Positions 38,401 through 48,243 of a DNA stretch of 59,645 nucleotides are shown piece by piece; within the stretch, counting starts at the first letter, position 1; each line of letters starts with the position of its first letter. The notes below the pieces were generated by a model. It ran no database searches. It was not told the DNA's origin and saw nothing but the letters and a program-made list of their open reading frames with translations. Location: IMG/VR virus record IMGVR_UViG_3300037478_000826, positions 1 through 59,645 of that record; one strand, written 5' to 3'. Both the position numbers and the translations under genes were made by a program. This stretch comes from a virus (lineage: Duplodnaviria > Caudoviricetes).

Positions 38401-40104
38401 TCAGACGAGACCCTGCTCGGTCGCGCTCTGCTGCATGGCGGCGAAGAGCTCCGGGTTGTCGCGCTTGAGCGCGTGGCGCTCGACGGGGGCGAGCTCGTGG
38501 TACTGCTTGCCGGCGTGGGTGAGCGCCGAGACGTCGCCGCCACCGCCGCCCGGCTGCGTGAAGCTCGGGCTCAGCAGGCGGGGCGACACGGCGACGTAGC
38601 CGCGCAGCTCGTTGACGAGGTCCTCGCCGTCGCCCTTCGCGACCGCGCTGCCGAAGCGCTCGCCCCAGTGCTTGGCCTGGGCGGGCGTGATCTTCTTGTC
38701 CTTGGTGGCCTCCGCGATCGCGGCGTCGAAGTCGCGCCGCTGCGTGTTGGCGCGCAGCTCGGCGACCTGGTCGGCGAGCTGCGCGTGGCTCTCGGCGGTG
38801 GTCTTCCACGACCGCGCTGCGCCGAGCGCTTCGCTGCCCTTGCGGCCCGTGATGGCCTCGAGCTCGGTCGCCATCTTGGCGTCGCCCGTGAGCTTGGTGA
38901 TCGCCTTGAGGACCTGGTCCTCGCTCGCGTCGTCGGACAGGTTCAGGGCCTTGATGATCTTGCTGAGTGGCATTTCAGTCTCCGCGGTGTTGCCGCCGCT
39001 GGCGGGTTGGTGAGGTGAGGAGGTTGGCGCTGGCGCGGCGGCTGGCGCTGCACCGGATCCGTCCGGTGGTTTCTTTCCGTTGGCCTGGTGGTCGGCGGCG
39101 ACCATGGCGATCGCGATGGCGCCACGTCCGAGCGACTTCGCTGACGCGCTCGCCTCGAGATCCTCCCAGTGTCGGCGCACCCGCTTGGGATCGCCAACCA
39201 GCGTCGCCTTGCCGCTCGACTCGTCGTAGCTGTACTCGAGTCGATACGACGCGCCCTCGAATTCGTAGACGACGTTGTCGTCGTAGACGTCGCAGACCCA
39301 CACCCACAGGTTGGCGTCGCGATCTTCGAAGCGTGCTCGGAGCGCCGCCTGCAGCGCATTCCGCACCTCCTCGAAGGACACGTCTGATGCGAGCGCCCGC
39401 ATGTCGCGGGCCGGGTGCTTGAGCGCCGTCACGTTGCCGGCCGCGTCGACGACAGCCTTGCTGCCGTCCGTGATGGCGACCAGCGCGCGAGCAGCGGCCG
39501 GGATGCCGCGCTTGAAGATCGACATGTGGTCGGAGCGGAGCGCCACCGAGGCGGCTGGCGAGGCCTCGATCGTCTCGTCGGCGAACCCCGCCTCGATCGC
39601 CTCGTCGGCCGTCATCCAGGTCTCGGCCTTCATCAAGTCCCGCATCTCTTCGGCCGTCTTGCCGGTGCGGCGCGCGTACGTCTTGCTGAGCGCGTCGCTG
39701 TCCTTGTCGAGCGCGTCGGCCATCTTGCGCAGCTCGGCGGCGTTGCCGGCCACCTCGTTCCACGCATCGTGGACCATCAGGAGCGAGTTCTCAGCAACCC
39801 GCAGCGGCTTGCCCGCCATCGCGATCACGGACGCTGCGCTCGCAGCCATGCCAACCACGTCGACCGCAACCGGCCCGTCGTGCATGGCGAGCAGGTTGTA
39901 GATGGCGGCGCCCTCGGAGGCGACGCCGCCTGGCGAGTTGATCCGCACCTTGACGGCCTTGCCCTTGAAGCGCCGCAGCAAGCCAGCTACGTCGCTCGCC
40001 GCGATGCCCCAGAAGTAGCGCCCGATCGCATCGAAGATGTCGAGTTCCGCGCTGCCGTCGTCCATCGCGCGGATGGCGAGGTTGAGCTCGTGTTGTTTGC
40101 TCAT
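38401..40104 (-). CDS. ClpP-like prohead protease fused to scaffold
   Basis: RINSPGG, GMAASAAS, LMVH, ETWMTADEAIEAGFAD; C-terminal coiled coil. Confidence 0.9.
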   Translation of the reverse strand: MSKQHELNLAIRAMDDGSAELDIFDAIGRYFWGIAASDVAGLLRRFKGKAVKVRINSPGGVASEGAAIYNLLAMHDGPVAVDVVGMAASAASVIAMAGKPLRVAENSLLMVHDAWNEVAGNAAELRKMADALDKDSDALSKTYARRTGKTAEEMRDLMKAETWMTADEAIEAGFADETIEASPAASVALRSDHMSIFKRGIPAAARALVAITDGSKAVVDAAGNVTALKHPARDMRALASDVSFEEVRNALQAALRARFEDRDANLWVWVCDVYDDNVVYEFEGASYRLEYSYDESSGKATLVGDPKRVRRHWEDLEASASAKSLGRGAIAIAMVAADHQANGKKPPDGSGAAPAAAPAPTSSPHQPASGGNTAETEMPLSKIIKALNLSDDASEDQVLKAITKLTGDAKMATELEAITGRKGSEALGAARSWKTTAESHAQLADQVAELRANTQRRDFDAAIAEATKDKKITPAQAKHWGERFGSAVAKGDGEDLVNELRGYVAVSPRLLSPSFTQPGGGGGDVSALTHAGKQYHELAPVERHALKRDNPELFAAMQQSATEQGLV

Positions 40105-40796
40105 CGGCTCATCTGCTCCTGCTTGTCGGCGAATTGGGCCCACAGCTCGGGCGAGTACTTCGAGGCGTCGGGCTCCCAGTCGTCCTCGCGCGGGATGGCG
40201 CCGAAGCCGTCTCCTGCGCCGGGGAGTTCTCTCAGGTCGGCCTCTGTTGCGATGCCGCGCGCCTCAGCTTGCCGTGGCGTCAACATCCGGGTCGCCGATC
40301 GGCACCGGTGGTGCAGCTGCGGCGTGTTGGTCTCCCACCACGGATGGTCGGCCGGCAGCACCGTCTTGTTGCGCTTGCGGCAGATGTCGGTCTCGCGACC
40401 GTCCAGCACCGCGTCGAACATTTTGTAGGGCCGGTGTCGTCGGATCGCCGGGTGCTGCTGCTGCCGCCAGCGGCCGGCGTTGTAGGCGTGCTGCGCGGCG
40501 TTGCGGTAGATGGTCTCGACCCGGAACGAGTCGCTGCGGCCCCACTCGCGCTCGAGCTTCTCGCGTGCGCGCGCCTTGAAGTCGCCGAGCGACCCGCCGC
40601 TGTTGAGCAGCTCGAGCAGGATGTCGTAGATGGCTTGGACGACGTCGAGCTGCGCGACGCCGGCGATCCGGAACGCGCGCAGCCGCACCATCTCGCCGAG
40701 CTTCTCGATGATGTCGTCGGTGAGGGGAAGCCTCTGTCGGAACCACTCCACCGCCTCATCGAAGCGGGCCGGGTCGGCCGTTGCCGTCCAGGTCAT
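40101..40796 (-). CDS. Minor head protein (Mu gpF / SPP1 gp7 family)
   Basis: TIYRN..AYNAGRW..AVLDGRETDIC..PQLHHRCRS. Confidence 0.9.
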   Translation of the reverse strand: MTWTATADPARFDEAVEWFRQRLPLTDDIIEKLGEMVRLRAFRIAGVAQLDVVQAIYDILLELLNSGGSLGDFKARAREKLEREWGRSDSFRVETIYRNAAQHAYNAGRWRQQQHPAIRRHRPYKMFDAVLDGRETDICRKRNKTVLPADHPWWETNTPQLHHRCRSATRMLTPRQAEARGIATEADLRELPGAGDGFGAIPREDDWEPDASKYSPELWAQFADKQEQMSR

Positions 40797-40797
40797 G

Positions 40798-41139
40798 TCA
40801 AATGAGCGGTGGCGTATGCGACAGTTGCATGCCGCGCACCGTCGCCACCATGTCGGGCGTGCCGCTGACGCAAACGGCCCGGATGTGCGTCGCCGCGAAT
40901 GGGATCTCGATCGGGACGGCGGTGTCGGCCGCGAGGCCGTCGAGATCGGTGGGCGTCACGTAGGTTGCGCCCTCGTCGAGGCTGATCTGAAAGTCCACCT
41001 CGTCGGTCGAGAAGCCGGTGACGACCAGCCACTTGTCGCACAGGTTGTGGACCGCCACAGCGGCGCCGATGCCGTCCTCTTCGGGGCCGCCCGTGGTGCT
41101 GGTCGGCACCGAGATGTCGAGGCTTTGGTATGCTGCCAT
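40798..41139 (-). CDS. Small beta-sandwich structural protein
   Basis: VDFQISLDEGATY; position. Confidence 0.55.
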   Translation of the reverse strand: MAAYQSLDISVPTSTTGGPEEDGIGAAVAVHNLCDKWLVVTGFSTDEVDFQISLDEGATYVTPTDLDGLAADTAVPIEIPFAATHIRAVCVSGTPDMVATVRGMQLSHTPPLI

Positions 41140-42735
41140 CTACTCTTCCTCGCGCGCGACTTCGGGCGCGTCCTTCCGCACAGCCAGGTGACCGGCGAGC
41201 TCGCCGAGCAGGAACACCTTCATGGCGACGTCGGCAAGCTGCTCCGGCGGCAGGGCATCGCGGTAGAACTCCATGACCTTGCGGCGTGCGTCGTCGAGGC
41301 TGTCGAGGCCGTCCACGAACGCCAGCAGCTCATCGACGCCGGGCTGTAGCTCGGCCTGGCCGCGCTTCGTGCCATGGTCAACAACCGCATCGACGTAGGT
41401 CTGTCCCTCGACGAACCCCGACAGGGCGAGGGCCGGCTCAGGCAGCAGCGCCTTTGCTTGCTGGGGTGGCGCGGGCGACGGTGGTGGCGTGCCGGGCGGG
41501 GGCGCCGGCGGCTCCTCGGGTTCGCCGAACGGGATGTTGAAGCGCTCGCCGAGCGCGTCGTAGTCGAGTGGGCGACCGAGCTCGCGGAACGCAGCGGCCG
41601 CGGTGGCGAGGTCGACGAACACCTTCGCGCCCGTCGCCTTGTCCTCTTCGGGCTCGGTGTTGCGGACCGGCCATGGCGCCAGCGCGGCGCGACCGAAGTT
41701 GATCTCGGCGTAGCGGGCGAGCGGTCCGTCGTGCAGGAACGTGGCCTCGCTCTGCGCGTCGGACTCGAGCTGATCGTTCTCGCCGCTGCCGTGCTGCTTG
41801 GCAGCCGCGAAGCTGCCGCCCTTCACCTCGGTGGTGAGGTTCTGGCCCTTGATGTTGATCGTGATGGCGTTGTTCGCCATCTCGATCTGCTTCTCGTAGA
41901 GGCTGTGCGTGTCGGCCGGCGTGGCGATGAGGTCGAGGTCGAAGCCGTCGGGCAGGATGATGACGCCGGCGCGGCCCATCGAGTAGAGCGAGTCGCCGAG
42001 CTCCTTGCGCTGGTCCTTGTTCGACTTCGCCGACTTCGCGACGAGTCGCGCGGCCGTTTCAGAGGCGCGGCTCCAGTCGTCCCGGGCGAAGCTCTTCAGC
42101 AGCACCCAGCCCGAAAGCCCGCGCCACAGACCATGGGCCCATGGACGGAAGCGACCGTAGGGCGTGTACAGCAACCAGTCGTGCGAGTCTGGGTCGATCT
42201 CGACAACGTCGCCGCCCCACGTTCCCGTCTTGACGAGCCAGCGACGACTCTGGAAGTCGTGCGTGAGTCCGCGCGGGTGCCAGTGGCGGCAGCTGGGAAC
42301 GAGGCGCCCCGTGTCCTGATCGGCGCTGGTCGGCCAGTTGAGGTTCACGGGAACGACGCCGAGCAGGCGCGCCCACTGCAGAATCTGAAACGCCTCGTCC
42401 TCGGGCCACACGTGCCAGAAGTCGGCGTCGCCTTCGCCGTCGAGGGCCTTTACGATGGGGCTGCGGCGCTGCGGCTGGCGGCTCTTGCGGCGGCGCGTCG
42501 GCAGCTTGGTCTCGAAGTCGATGTCGTCGATGCCGAGCAGCCCGTTGATGCGGCTCTCGAAGCACGACCGGACGCGGTCGTCGCCCAAGATCCAGTCGCA
42601 CAGATCGGCGACGAGGCGCAGGTTCCCGCTGTCGGCCGACGCAAGCGCCGATCGCAACAGCGAGGGCGTCCACGTCGTTTGCGTGCGGACGCTCGGCTGG
42701 AGGTACGCCTTGCCGCTGGGGGGTTCGTCGGCCAT
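41140..42735 (-). CDS. Portal protein (Mu gp29-like)
   Basis: 531 aa after TerL; GQNLTTEVKGGSFAAA. Confidence 0.88.
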   Translation of the reverse strand: MADEPPSGKAYLQPSVRTQTTWTPSLLRSALASADSGNLRLVADLCDWILGDDRVRSCFESRINGLLGIDDIDFETKLPTRRRKSRQPQRRSPIVKALDGEGDADFWHVWPEDEAFQILQWARLLGVVPVNLNWPTSADQDTGRLVPSCRHWHPRGLTHDFQSRRWLVKTGTWGGDVVEIDPDSHDWLLYTPYGRFRPWAHGLWRGLSGWVLLKSFARDDWSRASETAARLVAKSAKSNKDQRKELGDSLYSMGRAGVIILPDGFDLDLIATPADTHSLYEKQIEMANNAITINIKGQNLTTEVKGGSFAAAKQHGSGENDQLESDAQSEATFLHDGPLARYAEINFGRAALAPWPVRNTEPEEDKATGAKVFVDLATAAAAFRELGRPLDYDALGERFNIPFGEPEEPPAPPPGTPPPSPAPPQQAKALLPEPALALSGFVEGQTYVDAVVDHGTKRGQAELQPGVDELLAFVDGLDSLDDARRKVMEFYRDALPPEQLADVAMKVFLLGELAGHLAVRKDAPEVAREEE

Positions 42736-42763
42736 CGGGGGGGGTGTCGCTCAGTAGCGGCGC

Positions 42764-44236
42764 TCAGTGGTGAGCTGGGTGGATGATCTCGAGCGAGGAT
42801 CCACCGCCGAGCTCGGCCGCGTCGTAGGCGGTACCGAGAGCGTCGACCTGGTCGTCGTAGGTGTCGCCGAGTCCCGTGAAGCCTTTCACCTCGCTGATGA
42901 GCGGCTCAACCCAGCTGATGTCGGCGTCGAGGTGGCGCCGAGCCTTGTCGCTCGGCAGCCATATCTCGCCGCGGTTCCAGGCGCCCGCGACAGGCTGCGC
43001 GTTGATGAACTTGTCGGTGCCGGCGTGCTCGTCGAAGAGCGGCAGGTTGTGGGGCTCGCCGCGCAGCAGCGTGGCGATCTCGCTCTCTTGTCCGCCCGTG
43101 CGCCAGTTCCAGATGATGCCCGGCCACCGGGCCGCAATGCGGCGCGTCTGGTTGACGAACGCGGCCGTCGGTCCCTGCAGGCGGATGAGGTCAAGGACAT
43201 AGTAGCGGGGTTTGCCGTCGACCACGCACGCCGCGAGCACGATCAGGACCGACCAGTCGGAGGTCTTCTTGGCGCTGTAGGCGAGGTCGGCCCCGATGCC
43301 GATCCTGTAGCCGAATCGTGGTGGCTCGTCGTAGAAGTGGACGTCGCCGTCGAAGACCGAGGACCCGCGCGGTCGTGGCCGGCCCTGGAAGAGCGACTCC
43401 CAGTCGTACTCGCCGAGCCGAACCCGCTTCTTCTCGAGCCACTCGAGCGGCCTGGCGCTCGCCCAAAGGGCCGCCCCCAGTGGGCGCCTCGTGTCCGACC
43501 CATCGTTGATGGCGGGCAGGTTCAGGTAGCTCCACTCGCCGCCTTCGACGAGCCGCATCCCGATGTAATCCTCGGGGTGCCACCGGCTGTGTACGCCGAT
43601 GACGGACGCGCCCGGATGCGTGCGCGTCTCCGCCGTCGACCGGTACCAGTCGTCCACATCACGGCGCCGGACCGCGCTCTCGGCTTCGCGCCTGTTCTTG
43701 TGCGGGTCGTCGATGACGAGCAGCCCGTCGATCGGCTCACCGGTGAGGGGCCCGCCTATTCCGGTGGCGACCAGGCTGCCGCCGTGCTCGTTCTGCCAGA
43801 AGGCCCGCGAGCCCGCCGTCGTGATGCCGGCCCGGCTGGCTAGCGCCTTGATCGAGTTGGAGACCCGGTAGGCGCGGCTGCTCTCGTAGGTCGCGTAGGC
43901 GTGGCGCCGCTCCGGCATGCGGAGCATCGCCCAGACGATCAGCGCCTTGACGATTTCCGTCTTGCCATGCTGGACCGGCACGCTGAACAGGAGCCGCACC
44001 TCTCGGTGAAGCGCCTCCTCGCATGCTGTCGCGATGGGGGCGAGGTGCTCGGGTCGCTCCCATCGTGGCGTCAGCGCGGGGACGAGGTCGAGCAGGCTCA
44101 GGTCAGTGAACGGGCGGGTGGGCGCCGTTGCTGCCGTTGGCTCCTGCCCCGTTGCTCGCGATACCGCCAGCTGGTCCTTCAGGCGCTTGAGGCGCTGAAG
44201 CTGCTGGATTCGGGTGAGGATGCTTAGCGCCGACAC
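42764..44236 (-). CDS. terL: Terminase large subunit
   Basis: PVQHGKTE Walker A, LLVIDDPHK Walker B, SRWHPED, ADLA..SDWS, DDQVDA. Confidence 0.95.
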   Translation of the reverse strand: MSALSILTRIQQLQRLKRLKDQLAVSRATGQEPTAATAPTRPFTDLSLLDLVPALTPRWERPEHLAPIATACEEALHREVRLLFSVPVQHGKTEIVKALIVWAMLRMPERRHAYATYESSRAYRVSNSIKALASRAGITTAGSRAFWQNEHGGSLVATGIGGPLTGEPIDGLLVIDDPHKNRREAESAVRRRDVDDWYRSTAETRTHPGASVIGVHSRWHPEDYIGMRLVEGGEWSYLNLPAINDGSDTRRPLGAALWASARPLEWLEKKRVRLGEYDWESLFQGRPRPRGSSVFDGDVHFYDEPPRFGYRIGIGADLAYSAKKTSDWSVLIVLAACVVDGKPRYYVLDLIRLQGPTAAFVNQTRRIAARWPGIIWNWRTGGQESEIATLLRGEPHNLPLFDEHAGTDKFINAQPVAGAWNRGEIWLPSDKARRHLDADISWVEPLISEVKGFTGLGDTYDDQVDALGTAYDAAELGGGSSLEIIHPAHH

Positions 44237-44627
44237 CCAGGAACTCCCGCTGCGTCACCAAGTCGCCCGCCAGCTTCACGGCGCCCGCCAGCTTGTGCAG
44301 GTCCGTCTCGACGGCCATCAGTTCGCGCATCCGGCGCGCGCCAACGATCACGGTGGTGATGAGCTCGTCGCGGGTGCCCTCGAGGAGCCGTGCTTTTTCC
44401 TGCACGACGATGCTGGCCAGAGCAGCGTCCCGCAGGGCCTTCTGCCGATATCGCTGAATCGTCCTGACGGCGCACGAGAACGCGTCGGAGGCCTTCACGT
44501 CTCCGAAGACGGCCGCGTAGCCGAGTAGCATCCCCGCCTTCTCGTTGTCGAGCGGCGCCGAAGTCCGCTTGGCGCCAGGTCGTGCCCGCTTCCGGGGCTT
44601 GGGTGCAGTCGGCTTGGATGCGGCCAC
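44103..44627 (-). CDS. Terminase small subunit (putative)
   Basis: HTH-like VRTIQRYR; directly upstream of and overlapping TerL. Confidence 0.7.
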   Translation of the reverse strand: MAASKPTAPKPRKRARPGAKRTSAPLDNEKAGMLLGYAAVFGDVKASDAFSCAVRTIQRYRQKALRDAALASIVVQEKARLLEGTRDELITTVIVGARRMRELMAVETDLHKLAGAVKLAGDLVTQREFLGVGAKHPHPNPAASAPQAPEGPAGGIASNGAGANGSNGAHPPVH

Positions 44628-44700
44628 GGGTCCTCGTCCTTGCGTCCGCGGGCCTGGGTTGGTCCTCGCCGTCGCGGTCTACAACCAAATAGGGCAGGGG

Positions 44701-44730
44701 GTGGCGACTCTCGGTCACTCTCCGTCACTC
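44701..44730 (-). promoter_or_regulatory. Three tandem 10-bp repeats upstream of the packaging operon
   Basis: Minus strand GAGTGACGGA GAGTGACCGA GAGTCGCCAC. Confidence 0.5.
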
Positions 44731-44735
44731 CTACA

Positions 44736-45113
44736 TCAGCGACCGAGCGCCTTGACGCCATCAAAAGCGAGATTGGCGACCTCCGACACCTCGTCGATTC
44801 TGTCTGACATCTCGGTCAGTTCGGCCCGGATCGAGCGCACCATCTGAGAAATCGCACGCTCACGCTCGTCGGGCGGACCGAAAAAACCGGGGAGGCATGC
44901 ACGAAGGGCCTGTCGCGTGATGCGGTACCGCGTGCCTTGACGATCGCCCCCGACCGCCGTCAGGTACCGACGACCACCCTTGCGCTCGATGCGCTCGAGC
45001 ATCCGGCGAAGCCGACGCGCCGCGTTGCCCTGGGTCCGCGGATCGTCCTTCGGTCCGCACATGCGCAGGTAGGTTGCTGCCTGCCGCATCGTCAAAACCT
45101 CTGCCGCCATCAC
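44736..45113 (-). CDS. MerR/excisionase-like HTH DNA-binding protein (possible late regulator)
   Basis: VLTMRQAATYL..RYRITRQAL. Confidence 0.6.
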   Translation of the reverse strand: MMAAEVLTMRQAATYLRMCGPKDDPRTQGNAARRLRRMLERIERKGGRRYLTAVGGDRQGTRYRITRQALRACLPGFFGPPDERERAISQMVRSIRAELTEMSDRIDEVSEVANLAFDGVKALGR

Positions 45114-45817
45114 GTCACCTCGATCCCTCGGTCAGCGAGCCACTGTCGCGCGCGCTCAGCAAACGCTGGGTCCTTCGGCTTGTCGCGCTCCGCCCACCGG
45201 TCCGCGAGCGCGTCGCTGCGCGCCTGCCGCTGTGCCGTGCGGTCGGCCCGCTCCACCGCGATCTGCTCCCGTAGCGCCACCGCGTAGCCGTCCTTCGCTC
45301 GACGGATCGCCACCTTGGCGGCAACGCGTCGATCTTCGATCTCGCGCTCCCACGACGTGGGCTCGTCCTGCTTCGCCGCCCGGCGCCGCTTCTCGGCCGC
45401 CCGCGCACTGTCGCGCAGGTCGATCAGGACCTGCGACTGCGACTCGCCCGGGGCTTCAACCTGGACGAGCTGCACCGCTACGGCCGCCACTTCGCGGGTG
45501 CCGAAGACGCCCACCAGCCCCAACACCGACTCGGCTCGGATGGACGAGTACACGATCGACAGCACCTGCGCCGGCAGCCGGCTGTTTGCGGTCCGGCACA
45601 GCCGCATCAGGCACGCCTGCACGCGATCGTGGCGCGCCATCGCGGACAGGATCGCGGCGTGGTTGTCGCATGACCCCTCCGACGCCGTCGGCGCTGCCAT
45701 GCGGAGCCGTGCGCGCTCGAGCGCGGCCCCGAACGTCGACCGTACGCCGCCGGCTTGCGCCAAGTGCCCGCAGAAGAAGTCGCGCAGGTCAGCCTCTTGG
45801 TCTTCCGTCAGTCGCAT
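45110..45817 (-). CDS. Hypothetical protein
   Basis: AAGGA SD; coupled ORF. Confidence 0.6.
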   Translation of the reverse strand: MRLTEDQEADLRDFFCGHLAQAGGVRSTFGAALERARLRMAAPTASEGSCDNHAAILSAMARHDRVQACLMRLCRTANSRLPAQVLSIVYSSIRAESVLGLVGVFGTREVAAVAVQLVQVEAPGESQSQVLIDLRDSARAAEKRRRAAKQDEPTSWEREIEDRRVAAKVAIRRAKDGYAVALREQIAVERADRTAQRQARSDALADRWAERDKPKDPAFAERARQWLADRGIEVT

Positions 45818-46002
45818 CAGTTCCTTGGCTCCAACGCCGCGGCGCCCCACTGCTGCGCGATCGTCCTACGGACGTTCTCGCGCACCAGCTCGGCGGTGTC
45901 GGCTTCGGCGGTGGCCCGGCGCAGCAGCTCGGCCTGCATCCGCTCTTGGTGGGCGAGCGTCGAGCGGGCAAGCGCGAGCTGCAGCTCCTCCAAGGCCGTC
46001 AT
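45817..46002 (-). CDS. Small coiled-coil protein
   Basis: Coupled ORF. Confidence 0.5.
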   Translation of the reverse strand: MTALEELQLALARSTLAHQERMQAELLRRATAEADTAELVRENVRRTIAQQWGAAALEPRN

Positions 46003-46274
46003 GCCGGCCCCACGAAGACGGCGGCGCACTTGGCGCAGACGCAGAGGTTACACCGCGGGAAGTCATCGAGCGCGTCGCCGTCCACGGGCTTGCGATGCGA
46101 GATGCGCGGGTACGCGGCCGCCGCCAAGACGTACCCGCCGACCTCGTGCTCACCGCCGGCTGGGCACACGCCCCGCTGACGCTCGAGCTCGTCGGCCAAG
46201 CTCTCACGGATCATCTTCTGCACGGCGCCCGCGAAGGCGGGTGGGTCATCGGTGAGCCGTCGGAAGCGCGTCAC
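45999..46274 (-). CDS. Chimeric small protein: tape-measure C-terminal peptide plus Cys/His zinc-binding part
   Basis: N-terminus matches the tape measure C-terminus; CPAGGEH..CVCAKC. Confidence 0.6.
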   Translation of the reverse strand: MTRFRRLTDDPPAFAGAVQKMIRESLADELERQRGVCPAGGEHEVGGYVLAAAAYPRISHRKPVDGDALDDFPRCNLCVCAKCAAVFVGPA

Positions 46275-46612
46275 GGCTTCACCTCCAGCGCCGCCCGCAC
46301 ATCATCCGGCAGGAGCCTCCAGACCGCCCTAAGCGGGCCCGCGGGACTCACCCAATTGTCGTCGTCGGCCAAGTATCGCAGCACCGGCATCAGCTCGCAG
46401 AGTAGCGCGCGGCGGCCGTCGCGGATCCCTCGCGCGTACGCGTACGCGTCGCCGTCGCTAGGCGGCGAGTTCGGCTTCAGCTGTAGGCATCCGAGGGCGT
46501 GGTCCGCCCGGTGCGCACGGCACAGCAAGACGCGGACGACAATCTCGGTGGCCTGCCACTTGGCCGGTAGCCGCTTTCTGCACCCAGCGGCCCGACAGCG
46601 TCTCCCCCTCAT
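46271..46612 (-). CDS. Hypothetical protein
   Basis: CRAAGC..LCRAH; coupled. Confidence 0.5.
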   Translation of the reverse strand: MRGRRCRAAGCRKRLPAKWQATEIVVRVLLCRAHRADHALGCLQLKPNSPPSDGDAYAYARGIRDGRRALLCELMPVLRYLADDDNWVSPAGPLRAVWRLLPDDVRAALEVKP

Positions 46613-46878
46613 CGCATCGGCTCCTCGCGGTTTGCATCATCGTGTTGGCTACGATCGCGCTTCTCGTCGAGATCATCCCGCGCGTTCTGACGTGACGGCG
46701 CCAACTCAGGATGCCGCCGCGCGATGAAGGCCGCGACGTCGTACCAGCCGAGCTCGCGCGCCGCGGCCTGTGCGGCAGCGCTGTGCATGTCGACGAGGGC
46801 GCGCAGGGTGGCGCGTAGGTCGTCGCGCTCTGCCATGGCACGTCTCGCCTCCTCACCGAAGCGCCAGATGCCCATCAC
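46609..46878 (-). CDS. Hypothetical protein
   Basis: Coupled ORF with GGAGG SD. Confidence 0.5.
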   Translation of the reverse strand: MMGIWRFGEEARRAMAERDDLRATLRALVDMHSAAAQAAARELGWYDVAAFIARRHPELAPSRQNARDDLDEKRDRSQHDDANREEPMR

Positions 46879-47207
46879 TCCACCTCCGGCCGCGGCACCG
46901 GGCGGAACAGGCGCCCGACGGCGTGCACAACCGCGTCGAGTTCGTCTTCGCTGAAGTAGGAATGGCCACAGCCGTCACCCACCCCTTCGGCCGCGTAGTC
47001 GGCCCCGAACCGCTCCAGCGTCTCTCGCGCCTTGCGGTCCAGCTCGCAGTCGGCAGCCCCGCACGGCGCTGGCTCTCCGCAGTCGGGGCAGAGGTCGACG
47101 TGCGCTTCAAGGTAGTCCGCGACAGCAGTGCAGGCCGCTGACCACAGTGCCGGCTCGCGGAATGCCCGCAGGTACCTCACCACGTCTCCCCGTTGCTTCG
47201 GTGTCAT
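46875..47207 (-). CDS. Hypothetical protein with CxxC
   Basis: CPDCGEPAPC; coupled. Confidence 0.55.
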   Translation of the reverse strand: MTPKQRGDVVRYLRAFREPALWSAACTAVADYLEAHVDLCPDCGEPAPCGAADCELDRKARETLERFGADYAAEGVGDGCGHSYFSEDELDAVVHAVGRLFRPVPRPEVE

Positions 47208-47262
47208 GGCGTCTCGCCGCCGAGCGCGGCGCTCGCGTGCTCATGTCCGCATGCGGTGCAGG

Positions 47263-48243
47263 TCACGTCGCCTCCGCTTGCTTGCTGCGCCGCGCCCGCG
47301 CCCGCTTGCGCCGCACCTCGGCGCTGCTGGTCTGCACCACGTCGCCCTCGCTCGGCTCGCCCACGCCCTCGGCGCTCGCGTCGGCGCGGTCGCGCATCAA
47401 CGCCAGCTCGTCGACGCCATCGAGCGCCCCGACCTCGGGCCACGGCCACACCATACCGGTCTCGTCGTTGAGCCCTCCGATCTCGTCGCACGCCGCCTTG
47501 ACGTCGGCGAGCGGCACCTGCACCTCGATGGTGCTCTGCCACTCGAAGGCGTCGCCCGTGTCGTCGTGCTCGGCCAACACCAGGTCTTTCGCGGCCTCGG
47601 CGTCCGCGGCCCGCACGGCAGCGACGTACGACCAGCCGCCGATCGTCTCGTCCCGCATGTGCGGCATCGTCGAGCCCTCTTTCAGGCTGGCGCCGCTGCT
47701 GTGCCAGTGCAGCTTGAAGGTCTTGAGTCCGTCGCCGGGAGCCTCGCCCGGCATGTCGATCTCGAGCTGGCGATCTGCGCCCGTCATGGCGCGCTCGTCG
47801 ACGACCTCGTTGGTGTCGAGCCGCGTGATCGTGATGGTGTTGCGGGCGAAGTCCTTGTCCTGCCTGCACTCGATCGTCCGCATCTCGGTCCCGTCCCGCA
47901 GCTGCGCCACGGCCGCGTCGAGCTCCAGCTCGAGCGCCGCCTTGGTGTCGCGATACCGCTTCGCTGACGCCTTCGAAGCCTCCTCGACCTCGCGCTTTTT
48001 CTCGTGCAGCTCCACGAGCTCGTCAGCCCGCTCCCGCATCTGCTCTTGCGTGAGCGGCACCGGCAGCAGCTGCCGAAACGTGTTGGTGTGGGTGTCGGGT
48101 TCGGTGGCGGTGTCGTCGTCCGGCGCGACATCAAGCCCGTCAACGCTCTCGTCGACCGCCACGCCGCTCTCGTACGCCGCCAGGTCGGCCTCCATGTTGC
48201 TCGCCGCCCCGTTGCTGCCCTGCTTCGTCTTTCGCTTCGTCAC
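47263..48243 (-). CDS. Hypothetical acidic phage protein
   Basis: LPVPLTQE..GTEMRTIEC..RLDTNEVVDERAMT..RQ. Confidence 0.7.
   Translation of the reverse strand: MTKRKTKQGSNGAASNMEADLAAYESGVAVDESVDGLDVAPDDDTATEPDTHTNTFRQLLPVPLTQEQMRERADELVELHEKKREVEEASKASAKRYRDTKAALELELDAAVAQLRDGTEMRTIECRQDKDFARNTITITRLDTNEVVDERAMTGADRQLEIDMPGEAPGDGLKTFKLHWHSSGASLKEGSTMPHMRDETIGGWSYVAAVRAADAEAAKDLVLAEHDDTGDAFEWQSTIEVQVPLADVKAACDEIGGLNDETGMVWPWPEVGALDGVDELALMRDRADASAEGVGEPSEGDVVQTSSAEVRRKRARARRSKQAEAT

Noticed and set aside
42737-42744. G8 homopolymer before the portal start as a phase-variation site
   Set aside because: Short run in a GC-rich genome, intergenic, and no evidence of length variation.
28669-46247. 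Diversity-generating retroelement TR/VR pair
   Set aside because: No reverse transcriptase seen, and the three mismatches are not adenine-specific in one copy.
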